Assembly (NCBI GenBank): GCA_012026655.1
Contig: JAAILG010001090.1
Coordinates: 1-64,000, forward strand
Source of the DNA: Hydrolagus affinis
Lineage: Eukaryota
Reading direction: 5' to 3'
DNA length: 64,000 nucleotides
The position numbers and the translations under genes were made by a program. Below the pieces are notes generated by a model. That model searched no databases and was not told the DNA's origin. It worked only from the letters and a program-made list of their open reading frames with translations. Numbering within the stretch: position 1 is the first letter of the stretch; every line of letters begins with the position of its first letter. This document shows, in pieces, positions 12,311 to 25,749 of the stretch.

Positions 12311-12739
12311 TAATAGACCAAATTTGAAAATCGCCAAAGATGCTGAATACATTGACGATTCCAGATTGGAAAACCAATCAATAAATACCGCAAACTACAG
12401 TCTCATTGTGTGAGAGTGACATAAACCGTGTTTCAGAGATTTCGATTTTGTTTTCTCATGATAAAAACATATATTTTATAAAACAAGGAGAGACAATTTG
12501 GTGATCAAGAACTAGAGGTTGCAAGAAACCCTGGGTATATGTGTTAGGTGAAATTAATTTACTGTCCCATTTAAACATGACCTGATGGGTGATATCACAC
12601 GTGTAATGGACCTAATGTTAAAAGCAAAGGAAGAAAGAAGCTGAGAAAGCTGCAGGAAATAAGAGGGTGCAGAAAGCAAACATGCCAGCATTAGTTGAAA
12701 AGACAAGGGAGTTTATTCTGGCCAACAATTCCCCAAATA

Positions 12740-12897
12740 AATTCACTTCATGGCCATTTGTGGGACATTACTGTGCGCATATTGGCTGCTGTATTCTCTC
12801 ACGAGACACACTTTGCTATATATCCTGTGAAGTGCTTTGAGGCATCCTCCCAATGTAAAGGGCACTGTACTAAATACAAGGATTATTATGATTAATA
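12740..12897 (+). mobile_element. SINE 3' half (L2-type tail)
   Basis: tttgtgggacattactgtgcgcatattggctgc..gtgaagtgctttgag..aaggattattat. Confidence 0.75.
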
Positions 12898-13615
12898 ATA
12901 AATACTTTATTGAGTAATCAATGGAAAATTATATGATTAAAATTTTACGTTTCTTGTAATGTTGGTTATCAATTGCACATTAACATTTTCTGTTCAATGA
13001 CTGTCTAAATGTAAAGTACAATTTCATTAGCAGCAACATTTTAAATCATGCATTAAGATATTATGCAATTAATTTGCAAGGTTAGGATATTATTTACAAG
13101 TGACCTTGATAATATAAATTAGATTCTGTAAAAATTCACTCCTTTAACCATATTCGTTTGTATGCTAGAAAGCTCTTTCCCTGGTGCTTTACAGAAGGAA
13201 GAACTGTCAAATATTCCTGAATGGATAAAAATCTGAGACTATATTCGATAGTAGTTTGGAGGGAAGGCAGAAGAGCGTTATATTTTTATACAAAATAACA
13301 TGTGTATTCAGCTACAACACGACAGTAGTCACTGAATCTTTTGGAAGAAAATTCAGACCAAATGCAATACAGTATATGTGTTTATGACAATAGTAGTTCC
13401 AAGTGTCAGGACACAAGAAGTTCAGAGGAGACTATGTGAATTTTGGAGGTACCTGAGCTGAATACAACACAGGGATTACAGTTTCACAGGGAATTTGAGA
13501 AGGAGACAACACAAATAGAATTCTAGAATTTTACAGCACAGACATAGGCCTTTCACACTTAGTGCTGGCTCTCTGAAAGCACTAATCTTTCACTTCCATT
13601 ATCAAACCCTTTTGT

Positions 13616-13916
13616 TAATAATAATAATAGTCCTTGCATTTGATATAGCGCTTTACATGTCTTCTCGATGTCTCAACGTGCTTCACAGAATATGCTGTAA
13701 AGAGAATTGACTGTATATATGCGGCAGCCAATTGCGCACAGCAGTGTCCCACAAACAGCCATGGATTGAAATTACCAATTTTTTTAAAAAAAATTGAGGG
13801 ATTATTATCAGGGGTGTGGAGTAAAGAATCTTGACCAAGGTTTCACCTTGCCTGGAATGGAACCCAGGTTTCTCACTTGTAAACCAAGTGCTCTAACCAC
13901 TGAGCTACAGGACTCC
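13616..13916 (-). mobile_element. Full-length tRNA-Ala SINE
   Basis: Complete head-body-tail, about 300 bp, collinear with 61044-61350. Confidence 0.92.
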
Positions 13917-13944
13917 ACAAAACTCATTGAACTAGCTAACAGTA

Positions 13945-13946
13945 TA

Positions 13947-14013
<67 letters not shown>

Positions 14014-14105
14014 TTCTAGTTACAATATATTATCTAATAATAAGAATAGCGCTTTTCATGTCTCTCTCTCTCTATATATATACATATATACATATATATT
14101 ATAGT
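13945..14105. repeat. (TA)n(GA)n ... (TC)n(TA)n microsatellites in inverted arrangement
   Basis: Direct reading; a short SINE-tail piece lies between the two tracts. Confidence 0.9.
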
Positions 14106-15798
14106 ATAGGAGTAGAATAGATACAGAAAAGAATGCAAATTATACTTCAAGACACACATAATGTTGTGGTATCTCACCCAATGCTTGAGGTCACTGCTTA
14201 ACATGTGGCCAGAATCAATATCAACAGATAACAGTTTTCCTAGTCCAAGAAAGAAACACAGCAACCTGCCCTCAGGCTATCCATCCCAGTCTCAATCCAT
14301 ACACAGAGTTGAGAGTAAGGGGGATGAAGGTTATAAACCTCACTGGAGCCCATCACTGCAACTGATCTTTTGATCAGTTTCTGAATGTATATATGTTATT
14401 CTATTTTCTCTTGTGAATTAATGAACGCATGCAGAAAGACTGGCCATCATGGCGAAGCCTTACAAATGCTGATTGTCATATCATATACAATGGTTCTCAA
14501 CTTTGTTCAGGCTGCAGCATCTTTCATTGTTTAAGTCCCTTATTTGAAGCAGGAAAGCAGTCGGCTTTCCTGCTTCAAATAAGGGATCGGCTGGTTGGAA
14601 CCTGTCACGTCAAGTTTCTAAACCTGGCTTCTGTCCAGGCAGTAAAATAATGTCTTTGATCAGGAGCTCAGCAGTAAATGATTAAAAAAAATTCTAAAAT
14701 ACTTTTTCCAAACAAATTATGAAACTAGAGGGCATGTTTTGCTTAAAAACTCCTTAATACATTATCCAAAAGTGTTCTTTCAATACATTAGCTGCATTGC
14801 TTGAAACAGCAAATAGCACGGCAAATACGAAGGTCGATGAAGTGTTCATCTGCAAACCTTTTATAAAACGCTGTATGATCAACAGTACAGATTGTTGAAT
14901 GGAAGTGTAGCCTCATGAATTAAATGAACATAAGTCTAGAAACTCTTATGCTGTCTGTACTATTCAGTTCATTCACAGTCAATTAACTTCACAGTATATT
15001 CTGTGAAGCGCTTTGAGACGTCTTGAAGATGTGATGCAAGGCTTATTATTATTATTAGTAATATCATCATTATTATTATAAAGTGCCCAGTTAATAAGGT
15101 ATTCACAGTAATGATCACACAAAGAAAATTATTATATAGTCCATTCTTCTAACCAAGGGCAAGCATGTACAGAGAAACAACATTTTATCTTGGTTCACAA
15201 ATTACATTTTTGAAGTAGCCCAGATTTTAAAGAGTTAGGACGAACACAACTGGAAAGAAAATCAATACCTCTGATTTGCATATGACATTACCAGGCAATC
15301 TAAGGTCACTATACAGTAGTGGTCTCTGACAGAATAGTTCTAGCATTGCATTTCAGAGCTCTTGATAGAATCCCTGCTGTACTGGGTGTCAATTTTATTC
15401 TCTAGGCTTTCAACGCCAGTTTTTCAGGGAGATAGATTTTTAGCTGTACTTATTACTGTACCTTTCGTAAATTATAATCGCTGCAAAACGTCATTGATTC
15501 GCTTTAATTTTATGTTTTCAGTCGGTTTTCTTACTTCAGGAATCAACGTTAGCAGGTGAGTCTCTCTGATGGGCCAATGGATTTACATCATTAAGAGTTG
15601 TGCAATACAGACCACCCAAGTCCCAGGTTTGATCCCCAATATATCCTGAGTTCATTTCAGCCAGAGTGACAGTAGAGGTACTAATAATATAATATAGCTG
15701 GAATGTAATATATCTCATTACATCTCAAAGCACTTCAAAGTGAAGTGATTCTATTCATAAGCAAATGCAGCAGCCAATTTCTAGTCAGCAAAGCCCCA

Positions 15799-16084
15799 AA
15801 TAATAATAATCCTTGCATTTGATATAGCACTTTTCATGTCTTCTAGACGTCTCAAAGTGCTTTACAGAATGTAAAGTGAACTGACTATATATATGCAGGC
15901 GAAATGCGGCAATCAATTGCGACAGCAGTGTCCCATAAACTGTAGTGGATTAAAAAAATTTTTTAGGGATTATTATCAGGAGTGTGGAGTAAGGAAACGT
16001 GTCCAAGATTTTGCCCGGCCTGGAATTGAACCCATGTCTTTCGCTTGTAAGGCGAGTGCTCTAACCACTGAGCTAAAGGACTCC
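15799..16084 (-). mobile_element. Full-length tRNA-Ala SINE
   Basis: Complete head and tail. Confidence 0.92.
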
Positions 16085-16229
16085 ACAAAGCCATGATTTG
16101 AATGATCAACTTTACCTGTGCAATTGGTGAGCACTGAGAATCTCCATTCTCTTTTCAAATAGTACCATGGCATGGTTGTCAACCACCTCAACAGGAGATG
16201 GTACATTGGTTTCTAAAGTCTCACCAAGC

Positions 16230-16960
16230 TAATCAGGAACCGAGGTGTCTTTCTTCGATCCCTAACTGTCACTTCTCCCCCACACCCAAGTCCATGAACC
16301 ACTCTGCCTTACCTCATCTCCACAATATTGCCCGACTTTGCTGCTACCTCACGCCTCAGACCGCTGAAAGTCTCATTCATGTCTTCATCACATCCAGGCT
16401 TGACTATGCCAACATCCTGCTTGTTGGTCTTCCCAACTCCTTCCCCCATCGTCTGCAGATCATCCAGAACTCTGCGGCCCGCATCGTCTACTTTTCCACA
16501 CTCCGTGACCCCATCTTCTCCCATTCTCACCCGATTCTATTGGCTCCCCATCATCCAGCGAATTCAATTCAAGATCCTGGTCCTCACCTTCAAAGCCCTC
16601 CTTGGCCTCGCCCCACCCCACCTCTGTGACTTCCTAAACCCCTACTAACTTGACCGCTCCCTCAGCGGCTCCAGCCTGCTCCGTCCCCTGAACCACTTGC
16701 CCATCAGTGGGGGAGTCTTCAGCCACTCTGCCCCTAACCTCTGGAATTCTATCCCACAGTCCCTCCGCCTCACCCCCTCCCTAGCCTCCTTCAAATCCTG
16801 CCTCAAGATCCTCCTCTTCAACAGTCCTATCGGTCACCCTAAATCCCTTACTTTCCCTCCCCCCTCCCCGATCCTGACCCCAGCTCTGGTTTGAAACATT
16901 GAAGGTCCAGCGCCTTGGGACTTGAAAGGCACTATACAAATGTAATTTTGTTGTTATTAT
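16230..16960 (+). mobile_element. L2 LINE 3' fragment (RT C-terminal region plus 3' UTR)
   Basis: HLHNIARL..LIHVFITSRLDYANILLVGLP..RLQIIQNSAAR then YWLPIIQRIQFKILVLTFKAL.GLAP (L2 SRLDYxN motif); (TTG)n tail. Confidence 0.95.
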
Positions 16961-17149
16961 TTTTGTCTGACCTGAAGAGAATCTCCAACAATATAGCATT
17001 CGTCCATTACTGCATTGGAGCATCAGCCTTGACTCTGAGTTTAAAGTTCTGACAAGGTGCTTCAACCCAAAACCTTTTGACTCTGAGACAAGAGTGCTAT
17101 CAACTGAGCAAACATTAAAACTTGGGTGTAAGAGTTGACCTGGGAATTG

Positions 17150-18370
17150 ACTTCAGTTTGCGACCAGGAGGAGAATACTATGTATATTATCACTGTCAAT
17201 TGGTATCCAGTGACTCCTGCTGCAGATAAACTTCTGTGCTACAGTGTTTGTTGAAGGTGACAAAATCATGCTTGGCTGAGATTCGCTGAGTGGTTTCTGG
17301 CCGAGTTTACGCATGAATTCCGGTTGCTTTTTGGAAGATACAGTATTTAAGGGCATTTGGTATACTTGGAAGTGTAGCCAAATGTAGAGCTGAGGCAGAG
17401 AGAAAATCATTTCAAAAGAATCCAATATACAATCATAAAAAAATCAGAATATAACCATTAACCCAATCCAAGAAGTTTCAGCAAATTTGTTATTCTAACT
17501 GCACACATTATTCTCAGTAACTGTACATTGTCCAACACAAAACTTCACTCTGAAGCGTTTAATGTTGACAGACAATATTTTCTAGATCATCAGAATTGAA
17601 CATTTAATCAACTGTAGCAAATCATAATTGTTCATAAACGGTGTGATTATACAGTAGATACTAAGAGTTACTTAAGGCTATGGTTGAATAAAAGCACTGT
17701 AAATGGCATTGGGAGAGAGTGGGGCTGGAAGGAGAGGAATCTGAGCTGTGACTCTAAACCTGTTTAATTTATTATCTTTGACAGTCATGAAAATGTGGTG
17801 CGGAATCTGTCAAAGAGTTCAAATTGTTTAAGATGAAGGAGTATCTAGAGATTTGATAAGTGCCAACTCCAAGGTGTTAATTATTAACTGCAAATTGTCT
17901 GTTATTTATTGTCAAAGAGTACTATTTTGGCATATTATAGCCATTTGTATGCTCATGTTTTTGACAATTGATATTGCTTCTCAATTCCTAACACTGATTC
18001 ACGATTAACTGTGAGAGAAATATATGTTACTGCATGGATTTTGCTAATGATGTCTACATCTTTTCTTTCTTTCACTTTAGTGGATGCCTGTTTGAATGAG
18101 ATAGCAGAATGCACACGGAGCACAATAATTGTCATCACTTATTGTGAAAGAATATAATCTGAAATTGAAAACGTCATGGATCTACCAGTTAATACTGCAG
18201 AATGCTGTGTACTGTATTTCACTGCAAGGCCAAATTATATATCATTGCTACTTATAGAAAGCTTAGCTCTTGCCAGATCAAGACTGCAAAAGGCACATCA
18301 ATCATTCAATACATTCTTGTCATTGATGGAGAAAACCTACCACTATTATTTTAATCTCTTCAGTCATTTC
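17150..18370 (-). pseudogene. Ancient hAT (Ac/ZBED-like) transposase fossil
   Basis: Ordered minus-strand remnants: FGL..AVLT (~18240-18185), PCAFCYLIQTGI (~18120, cf. PCxAHxLQLxI), IISKIHAV, LSPSTNTVAQKFIC (cf. LSxPxTSxxSERxFS) and terminal ILLLVAN*. Spacing fits a hAT. Confidence 0.5.
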
Positions 18371-19899
18371 TAGTTCCCTAAGGCATTAGAAATTCTAAAA
18401 TATAATAATCCTTGGATTTGATATAGCACCTTTCATATCAGGAGGACGTCTTAGAGCGTTTCAAAGGATTTGCTGTGTAGTTTCATGACCTGAATGTATT
18501 TAGTGTAGGGAAATAAAATATTATAATACTCAAGGTGTAAAAAGGCATAATGTGTTTTTAAAATCAAAGTCCTGATACAGCGAGGTTATATCAATAATTC
18601 TTAAGCATTTATCAAAAATGTGCCCTAAATTGGGAGACAGATCTAGCCAAAAGATCTAAGTTTTTCTTAATTATATACAGTGGAATATGCAACTGCTAAT
18701 TACACACTAAATATGTGAAGCACATATTATGCCCTGAGGTCTTACGGTTTCCAAAGGATTTATAGCAATAAAAATGATGCATACTAGTCTTTAGATTAGT
18801 CATTTAAATGGTGATTATAGATAACAAAAATTATCACATAAATTTGCTGACTTGAGAACTTTGTATTACAATATGAACTCCCTGCATTTCCAAGAATTCT
18901 ATTGGACAGAAATAATTCCGATGCAAATTAGAGAGAGCAAATCTGATTTATTTTGATGCGAGTTTCAATATGCTTTTTAAAGACATCTGAAAACCTTTTG
19001 GAAGAATACAATATGGCTGCTTCAAGTATTTCTATTTATTTCATAGCTGTTTGCGGGAGATTGTTTGCACCTATAGTGTGGAGTCACTACACATTATCGT
19101 AAATCAATTGACGTGTGTTGAGACATCTTCCTGATGTGAAAGGTGTTATTCAAATACAAGCATTGCTATCTCAAGTTGCGAAACAGCAATTGTTTCTTGA
19201 TGTTCATTCTTACATCAGCACAAAGCTGGAGCAAAATCTTCTACGCACTCATACCCTCCACAGTGTATATGTGGTATTCCCCCAATATTTCAAACTAGCT
19301 TTCACATCATAGGGTTCAGAAGTCAGTTGGTAACCGTTCAAAGTACAGGATCACTCATGCAGTTTATGACCTTATCGTGCATCAAGATGACAGCCTTAAC
19401 AATCAGCCCTGGTCTCTACTATTTTTTATACTTGGCATTGAAAAGTCAGATTACTTATGAGTTGCTGATGTAACACTTTCACCTAACAGAAAGCATGCAT
19501 TTTTCTTGCTTGGATTGAGCACATTCGAGAATCCTTACCACCACCCACACAATTAGATCATCCTAAATATTGGATGGTTGACACTTTTAATGCATGACTA
19601 TAATTATATTATTTTCCAAAAGGTTACATTAGTCATCCAAAGAGTATGGAAACATTTTTTGCGGGGAGGAAGAGGAACGTTATTTTGAGATACATTCATG
19701 AGTTGAAGGATCATTTTTAAGATACCATACCAGATCCAGGGTTACTTAATCTTAACATCATGTTCCTGAAATGGAAAAAAGTTCAATTTCCCAGTACTTC
19801 CTCATCACTTAGTCACTCTGAAAAAGATAATATTCACCGTTCAGTACAGAATGGTAGAACAGGCTCAAGGGGCTGAATGGCCTACTCCTGTTCCTATGT

Positions 19900-20170
19900 G
19901 GAGTCCTGTGGCTCAGTGGTTAGATCACTTGCTTTGCAAGTGATACACTTAGGTTTGATTACCGGCAGAGCAAAATCTTGGGCAAGTTTCCTTATTCCAC
20001 ATGCCTGATAACAATTTTTTTTTAAATTGGTCACTTCAGTCCATAAATGTTTATGGGACACTGCTGTGAGCAATAGGCTGCCGCATTTTTGATTCGTTTT
20101 ACAGTCGATTCACTTTACAGTATATGCTGTGAAGTGTTTTAAGATGGCCAGAAGATATGAAAAGTGCAAT
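19900..20170 (+). mobile_element. Near full-length tRNA-Ala SINE directly after a CR1 tail
   Basis: Head ggagtcctgtggctcagtggttag; the tail lacks the (ATT)n. Confidence 0.9.
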
Positions 20171-21844
20171 TACTATGTCTCAAATAGCATTGTCAAGTAT
20201 ACGTTTATCATTTCACCATCAATTAAACAAAGAATTGTTATATCAGAAGAAGAATAAACAGCTCACACAATATTCATGTTCAAATAACTTGGGCAAATAT
20301 ACTTTTAATATTAACACGCTGGCTTTTTTTTAAAAAAGAGTAAACATGTTGTGCCTCAAAGACCATTAGTACAGTACTTCATTTCCATTTCATTATGCAA
20401 CTCTGTTGTGCAGTGAAGAATTAAGGAATGCATTTAATGGTTTAGGAAGATTTCTGCGTTCTGAGATAAGTTTTATCCGATATTGGAGGGGAGCCAGCAG
20501 GTCTGAATTAAGATTTTGAAGCTGGTTCATCAAATTCAGAGCCAGATTTCAACCACTGAAGTTACCGAGCCAAGTCCAGATGTATGGTTAAAAACTTGGC
20601 TCAGCTCCACATTTCTGCATATCTTGTTGAACAGGGAGAACTAAATTTTCAAAAGCAATCTCAAACAAGCCAATGTAAGACCAGTTGACGTTTGGCTTAT
20701 TCAAGATGACAAATGTTACCTTTTATGAGCCAGTACTATGGCTATTTGAGTGTGTGAACTTAAATCCACAAGAATGTGGCTCATTCATCTGATAAATATT
20801 GTGTTCCTCATTGGACTAAACATGAATTTAGTGTTTCAGATGTGACTATTAGGTTGGATTTCCCCCAAATATTATTCATACATGGCTGAACATCATATTT
20901 TAGGAATTATTTTGGAGGCTAGGAGAAAGAGCATGCTTTCAACAACCCATACTCCAGATGTTTGTTTTCTGCTCACTTGGACGTGATTCAATTTAATTAT
21001 TACAAGCACAACTAAATATTTTACAGGCTGTTTAATCCTATACTGATAAAAAATTTAAAATATTGGTCAATAATTAATTGAAATAAGTCAATGCCTAAAT
21101 TAAAATTCATACCCTAAAAATTGTGTTACTCACATCATTCACATGTGGATATGCCAAACACAAGAGCATTCTGCACCTTGATGTTTCAGGTTCTGTGAAA
21201 CTGAGCACGTACATAGATATAAGAGGACATTAGCAAAACTAACAATCTGGTTTCCACGTTATGAGCACGCAAGATATAAATATAAACAAGATGAAACAGA
21301 GTTCTTATGGTCAAAATGTCCAAAACAGTGGTGCTGGTTTCCTTTAAACTATCAGTCAGACTTTAGCACAGAATCTGCAGTGAAGCAATAAAGAAATTTT
21401 TGCAAGAAAAGTGTCATCTTGACAGGAGATCTGTAACATTAGCAGTTACAGTTTTACAGAAACATTCTGCTAATTGTTGAACACTTTGCTGAACAATTTA
21501 CATCTTTTGGGAGGGATTCCATTGCACATTAGTGCACATCTGCTAGCCGTTAATCTGTTGATCAGCAAATTGTCACTTAATAGGAAATTGAATTACAAGA
21601 GTCTCCAGGTGAAGATTCCTAACAAACAATGTGATTTCCACATTGCACCGCCAGCAATTTATTTCATTTTGTTTTTCTTCCTAAAGTCTGCTCAGATTAG
21701 ATTTGTGATCCCCACATCAATGCAACCCTCCTTGATCATGGAGCAATCCAACGCTTTGGGACGCGTCCTCCCGACGTGAAAGGCGCTAGACAAATGTAAT
21801 TTTGTTGTTGTTAGGATGGTGCATTCAATGGTCAAAGTGTGAGC

Positions 21845-22030
21845 TTGGATTAGTTGGTAGCACGCTTAAATCTGGATCAGAACGTTATGGATTCAAAACA
21901 TATGTTGGAATTCGAGTTCACAGACTAGGCTGACAGTTTAGTGATGTCCTGGGGATCACTGCATGGTCGAAGGTGCTGACCTTCAGATATGTTGTAAAAT
22001 CAAGTTCCTACCCACTTTCTAAGGTGGGAT
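21845..22030 (+). mobile_element. Deu-domain SINE 5' part, flanked by L2 tails
   Basis: ggtagcacgcttaaatctggatcagaacgttatggattcaa..ggctgac..gaaggtgctgaccttcagat, similar to 29572-29720. Confidence 0.6.
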
Positions 22031-23149
22031 TTGCTCTGAGACGCTGTCCGGCATGGAGGGTGCTATATAAATCGAAGTTGTTGTTGTTGTTGTAAGTTAA
22101 CCATCAGTCCATGAATTAATTGCCCATTTATGATTTTGCTGGGGAGAGGTTGGAAGAAACATTTTCCACACAAAGGCTCAAGTTCTGTTGAACATGGAAA
22201 ATTTTGCCATGGGTAACGAACGAGACTGATAACTTTACAACATATATAATGCCTTCTGAGACTTCCTTCTGGTGTGAAAAACTCCATATAAATGTAAACT
22301 TAATTGTAAATTGTATTGTATTTTTTAAAATAAAGGTATTGGATAAACATTTGAAAAAGAGAAACATTAAAGGAATGAGTATGAGGCAAGGGAATTGGGA
22401 TTAGAGTAGTCAAGAGTTTTAGCAGCAAAGACATGATGGACCAAGTGGCCACCTTGTGTCCTGTAATTTCTGTGATTCTCCTCCAACCAATTATTGCAGT
22501 TGTAATCCTATAATTTGTTGTATGTATACAAAAACTATTGTGGGGAACATTACGGGGAAGAATTAAGCCGTTGTATCAAATGGTCATCACAAACGACAGT
22601 AGCGAATTAGCGGAATTGTCTTTCAATCTTTTTTGCTGAGCGTAGCTTGGCAGCAGCTGCAAATCCAACATCAAGGAGAGTTTCAAAACATATTGGGCAT
22701 TTAATTAGTTTTACACATGTGGCTGTTACACCATCTGCTGTCAAAGAGAGTTCTATAGCAATATGAACATAGGACTGCAGAGAACAGAAAGAGATACACT
22801 GCTGTCCATCTGGCTGAACCCAAAATTGGTTGAAAAATAAATGAATAATCCTGCAGTACAGTACTTTGCCATAGCCATCACTGTTAAATCACAGAGTTGA
22901 ACAATCTTGCATTTGATACTCCAAATCACCCCAAAGCTAAACTAAATTATCAATGATTGTCTTACTGCTAAAACAAAGTTCAGCCTCCACACCGATTTTA
23001 ATGCATACTAATATTTAATGCAAAAAAATCCATTCATTTACAATATATTTTTAGGTAATAATTTGTTTTTTCAAAGATCATACGTGGAGTTAATCGATCT
23101 TGTAAAGGCAGGAGGTAATGATTTATAATATTTATAAATAGATCCTTGT

Positions 23150-23590
23150 GGAGTCCTGTCTCTTGGTTGTTAGAGCATTCGCCTCACAAGGAAGAGGACC
23201 TGGGTTTGAGTCCAGTGTAGGGCAAAATATTGGATAAGTTTCCTTACTCCACTTGCCTATGTTTACCTAGCAGTATGTAGGAATTGCTTTACCGGAGGCA
23301 ATAAACCCTCACAAAAAAAATACTGTAATAATGTAGTCGCTCAATCCACAACTGTTTGTGGGATACTGCTGTGCACAATTGGCTGCTGCGTTTCACCTAC
23401 AAAATGTCCAGTCAACTCACAGTATATTCCGTGAAGCGCTTTGAGACATCTCAAAATCATGACACATGCGCTCAAATCCCTTCACTCTCTGGCACCTCCT
23501 TATCTCTCTGACCTCCTCACTATTGCTATATAAGTGCAAGTTGTTGTTGTTGATAAGACGTTATATCTAATGCAAAGATTATTATTATAA
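23150..23590 (+). mobile_element. tRNA-Ala SINE with two internal insertions (~23258-23300 unknown; ~23465-23552 L2 3' piece)
   Basis: The SINE tail stem is broken by ccttcactctctggcacctccttatctctctgacctcc..gttgttgttgttg and resumes at 23553. Confidence 0.8.
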
Positions 23591-23864
23591 TCCTTTCATT
23601 CATAGTATTCAATCATTCATTCATAATATTCACAGAGCAAGAGAAGCAATGAATTTTGTCCGGGTAGCAAAGTTATAAAGAATGATGTACGCTATCGGTA
23701 TGCATAATCATTAACTGTAAATTGAAAATGAGGATTCTAAAGGCAGAAAACTGATGTGTGTAAAATAAGGTACAGTATACATTTGATTGAGTTGTGAATA
23801 CACAGAGTGCAATTCTTCACTGATACCTGCTTACCTAAAGGGTGAGGGTTTCCAATCCATTCTT

Positions 23865-23890
23865 TTCTTCTTCTTCTTCTTCTTCTTCTT
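23865..23890. repeat. (TTC)n microsatellite
   Basis: Direct reading. Confidence 0.95.
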
Positions 23891-24429
23891 GAATGGAATT
23901 GAAGTGCCAAACTGAAACATAAAACAGGCAAAAGAACAAAGTGTAAGTTAAACATATTTCTTCTTGAGAAATCGAATATAACAGTGAATTGCTATACAAT
24001 TTGTCAGCATTGAAAGATGTGTTACCAGTTATTTGGCACACTTCTTAAATACTGTAATAGTTTCATAATGACATGGACATGCGTGAAATTTTCTTCAGAA
24101 TTAGGAATATCATGCTACATGCTATCAGTGCAAATATTCAACAGGAAAAATGTGATCTTTTGGTACTCAACTGATCAAAGCTCAGAATATCAATCTAATA
24201 TTCATTTCACAAAAAATATGGTGTTTGAGAGAATTTAGAATAGATATCAAGTTATCACAAGGGAGGTAAGATCTGAGGTTATTTTTTATTGGGTATTTTA
24301 ATCAAATAATAGGTTTCAATTTACCAGATAAGCAATCAAAGCAAATTATCATACGCAATTTCAGCACATCATAAATTAATTGCAACATTCCCCATTCGAA
24401 CCAATTCTCATTGATTAACATATGGAAAA

Positions 24430-24860
24430 CTTCAGAATGAATACTAATAAAAAGTCACGTGTCACATGTTGAGCTCCACATCCTGCAGACAGACATGTTG
24501 TGCACAGTGTAACTTATTCTGTCACTTTCCATCCAGCTGCACAACCATCCATTACTGTGAACGGCGAGGAAATGTATCACATAATTGATACTCTGCCTAA
24601 GGCTCAGATTGGGATCAACCCCCGTATGCTTCGTTGAATCATATGAATGTCAGTTATTGTTGCAGAAACCTTTGTGCATGTGCTTCGTCTGCCAGATGTG
24701 TCATTCAAGACGTGATCACTGGCCATAGCTCTGCTTGATCATGCGTGATGGCGTTCTGCATCAAGTGAGCTGGTGATGCAAAAACAGTGGTCTGCATCTA
24801 TCTGTGAACTCAGGGTGTTAGATGTGTTATTCGTCATGCATTGTAGATACCAAAGCTATA
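24430..24860 (+). mobile_element. Possible RTE-clade RT remnant
   Basis: HPAAQPSITVNGEE (cf. PxIxINGxxLE) and ALLDHA*W (cf. LLYGxExW); weak. Confidence 0.3.
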
Positions 24861-24914
24861 GATAAACTAATTTATAATTGAAGATAAACTCAACTGTCTT
24901 TCCTCCCCCACAAC

Positions 24915-25602
24915 CAAGCAATGACCCATTCTGCCTTCCTTCACATCTGCAATATTGCCCGACTATGCCATTATCTCACCCTCCCAGGCCAATGAAACCC
25001 TTATTCAAGCCTTTATCACATCCCGGCTCGACTATGCCAATGCCCTGCTTGTCAGCCTTCCCAATTCCTCCCTCCATAGGTTGCAGATAATCCATAACTC
25101 TGTGGCCCATGTCCTCTACAGCTCCAAACTTCATGACCCCATCTCCCCCATCCTCGCCTGATTCTGTTGGCTCCCCATCGCCCAGAGGATCCAATTCAAG
25201 ATCCTGGTCCTCAAATTCAAAGCCCTCCATGGCCTTGCCCCACCATACCTCTGTGACCTCCTAATCCCCTACCAACCTGCCCGTCTCCTCCACTCAGCAG
25301 GCCGGCTTGCTCCACGTCCACCAACCCACCCACCCCACCATTGGCGGGCGAGCTTCCAGCCACTCTGCTCCTAACCTCTGGAACTCCATCCCGCAGTCCC
25401 TCTGCCTCGCCCTCTCCCTGGCTTCTTTCAAGTCCCACCTCAAGACTCTCCTCTTTGACAATCCCATTGATCACTCCAAATCCCTCCCTTTCCTTCCACC
25501 CTACTTGTCCCCAACCCCAGATCATGTCTGAAACAATGACTGTCCAGCACCTTGGACATTCTCTTAACATGAAAGGTGCTATACAGTGTAATTTTGTTGT
25601 TG
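24915..25602 (+). mobile_element. L2 LINE 3' fragment, same family as 16230-16960
   Basis: ETLIQAFITSRLDYANALLVSLPNSSLHRLQII; collinear with 16300-16960; (TTG)n tail. Confidence 0.95.
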
Positions 25603-25749
25603 CAATTCTATGTAATTAAAAAGAGAAAACATTATTACTGATCTGTTGTATGTTTCTCTGAGCTATCTTTATGTGGATTCCTGGTTCTTTTGATATCAAT
25701 TAAATACAAGTACTTGATTGTCTTCCGGTATCCAGACATTGTGGTTGTT

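Larger units (their letters stand above)
15700..17113 (-). mobile_element. Deu-domain SINE split into three pieces (15700-15800, 16095-16225, 16965-17113) by nested insertions
   Basis: The pieces are reverse complements of consecutive parts of the Deu SINE at 29572-29953; the head reads ttttgactctgagacaagagtgctatcaactgagc on +. Confidence 0.7.

Noticed and set aside
16198-16894. Overlapping ORFs as a host reverse-transcriptase-like gene
   Set aside because: Frameshifted, 5'-truncated L2 copy, with a second copy at 24915-25602.
23737-24041. ORFs with poly-Arg or poly-Glu runs
   Set aside because: The runs are translations of the (TTC)n microsatellite.
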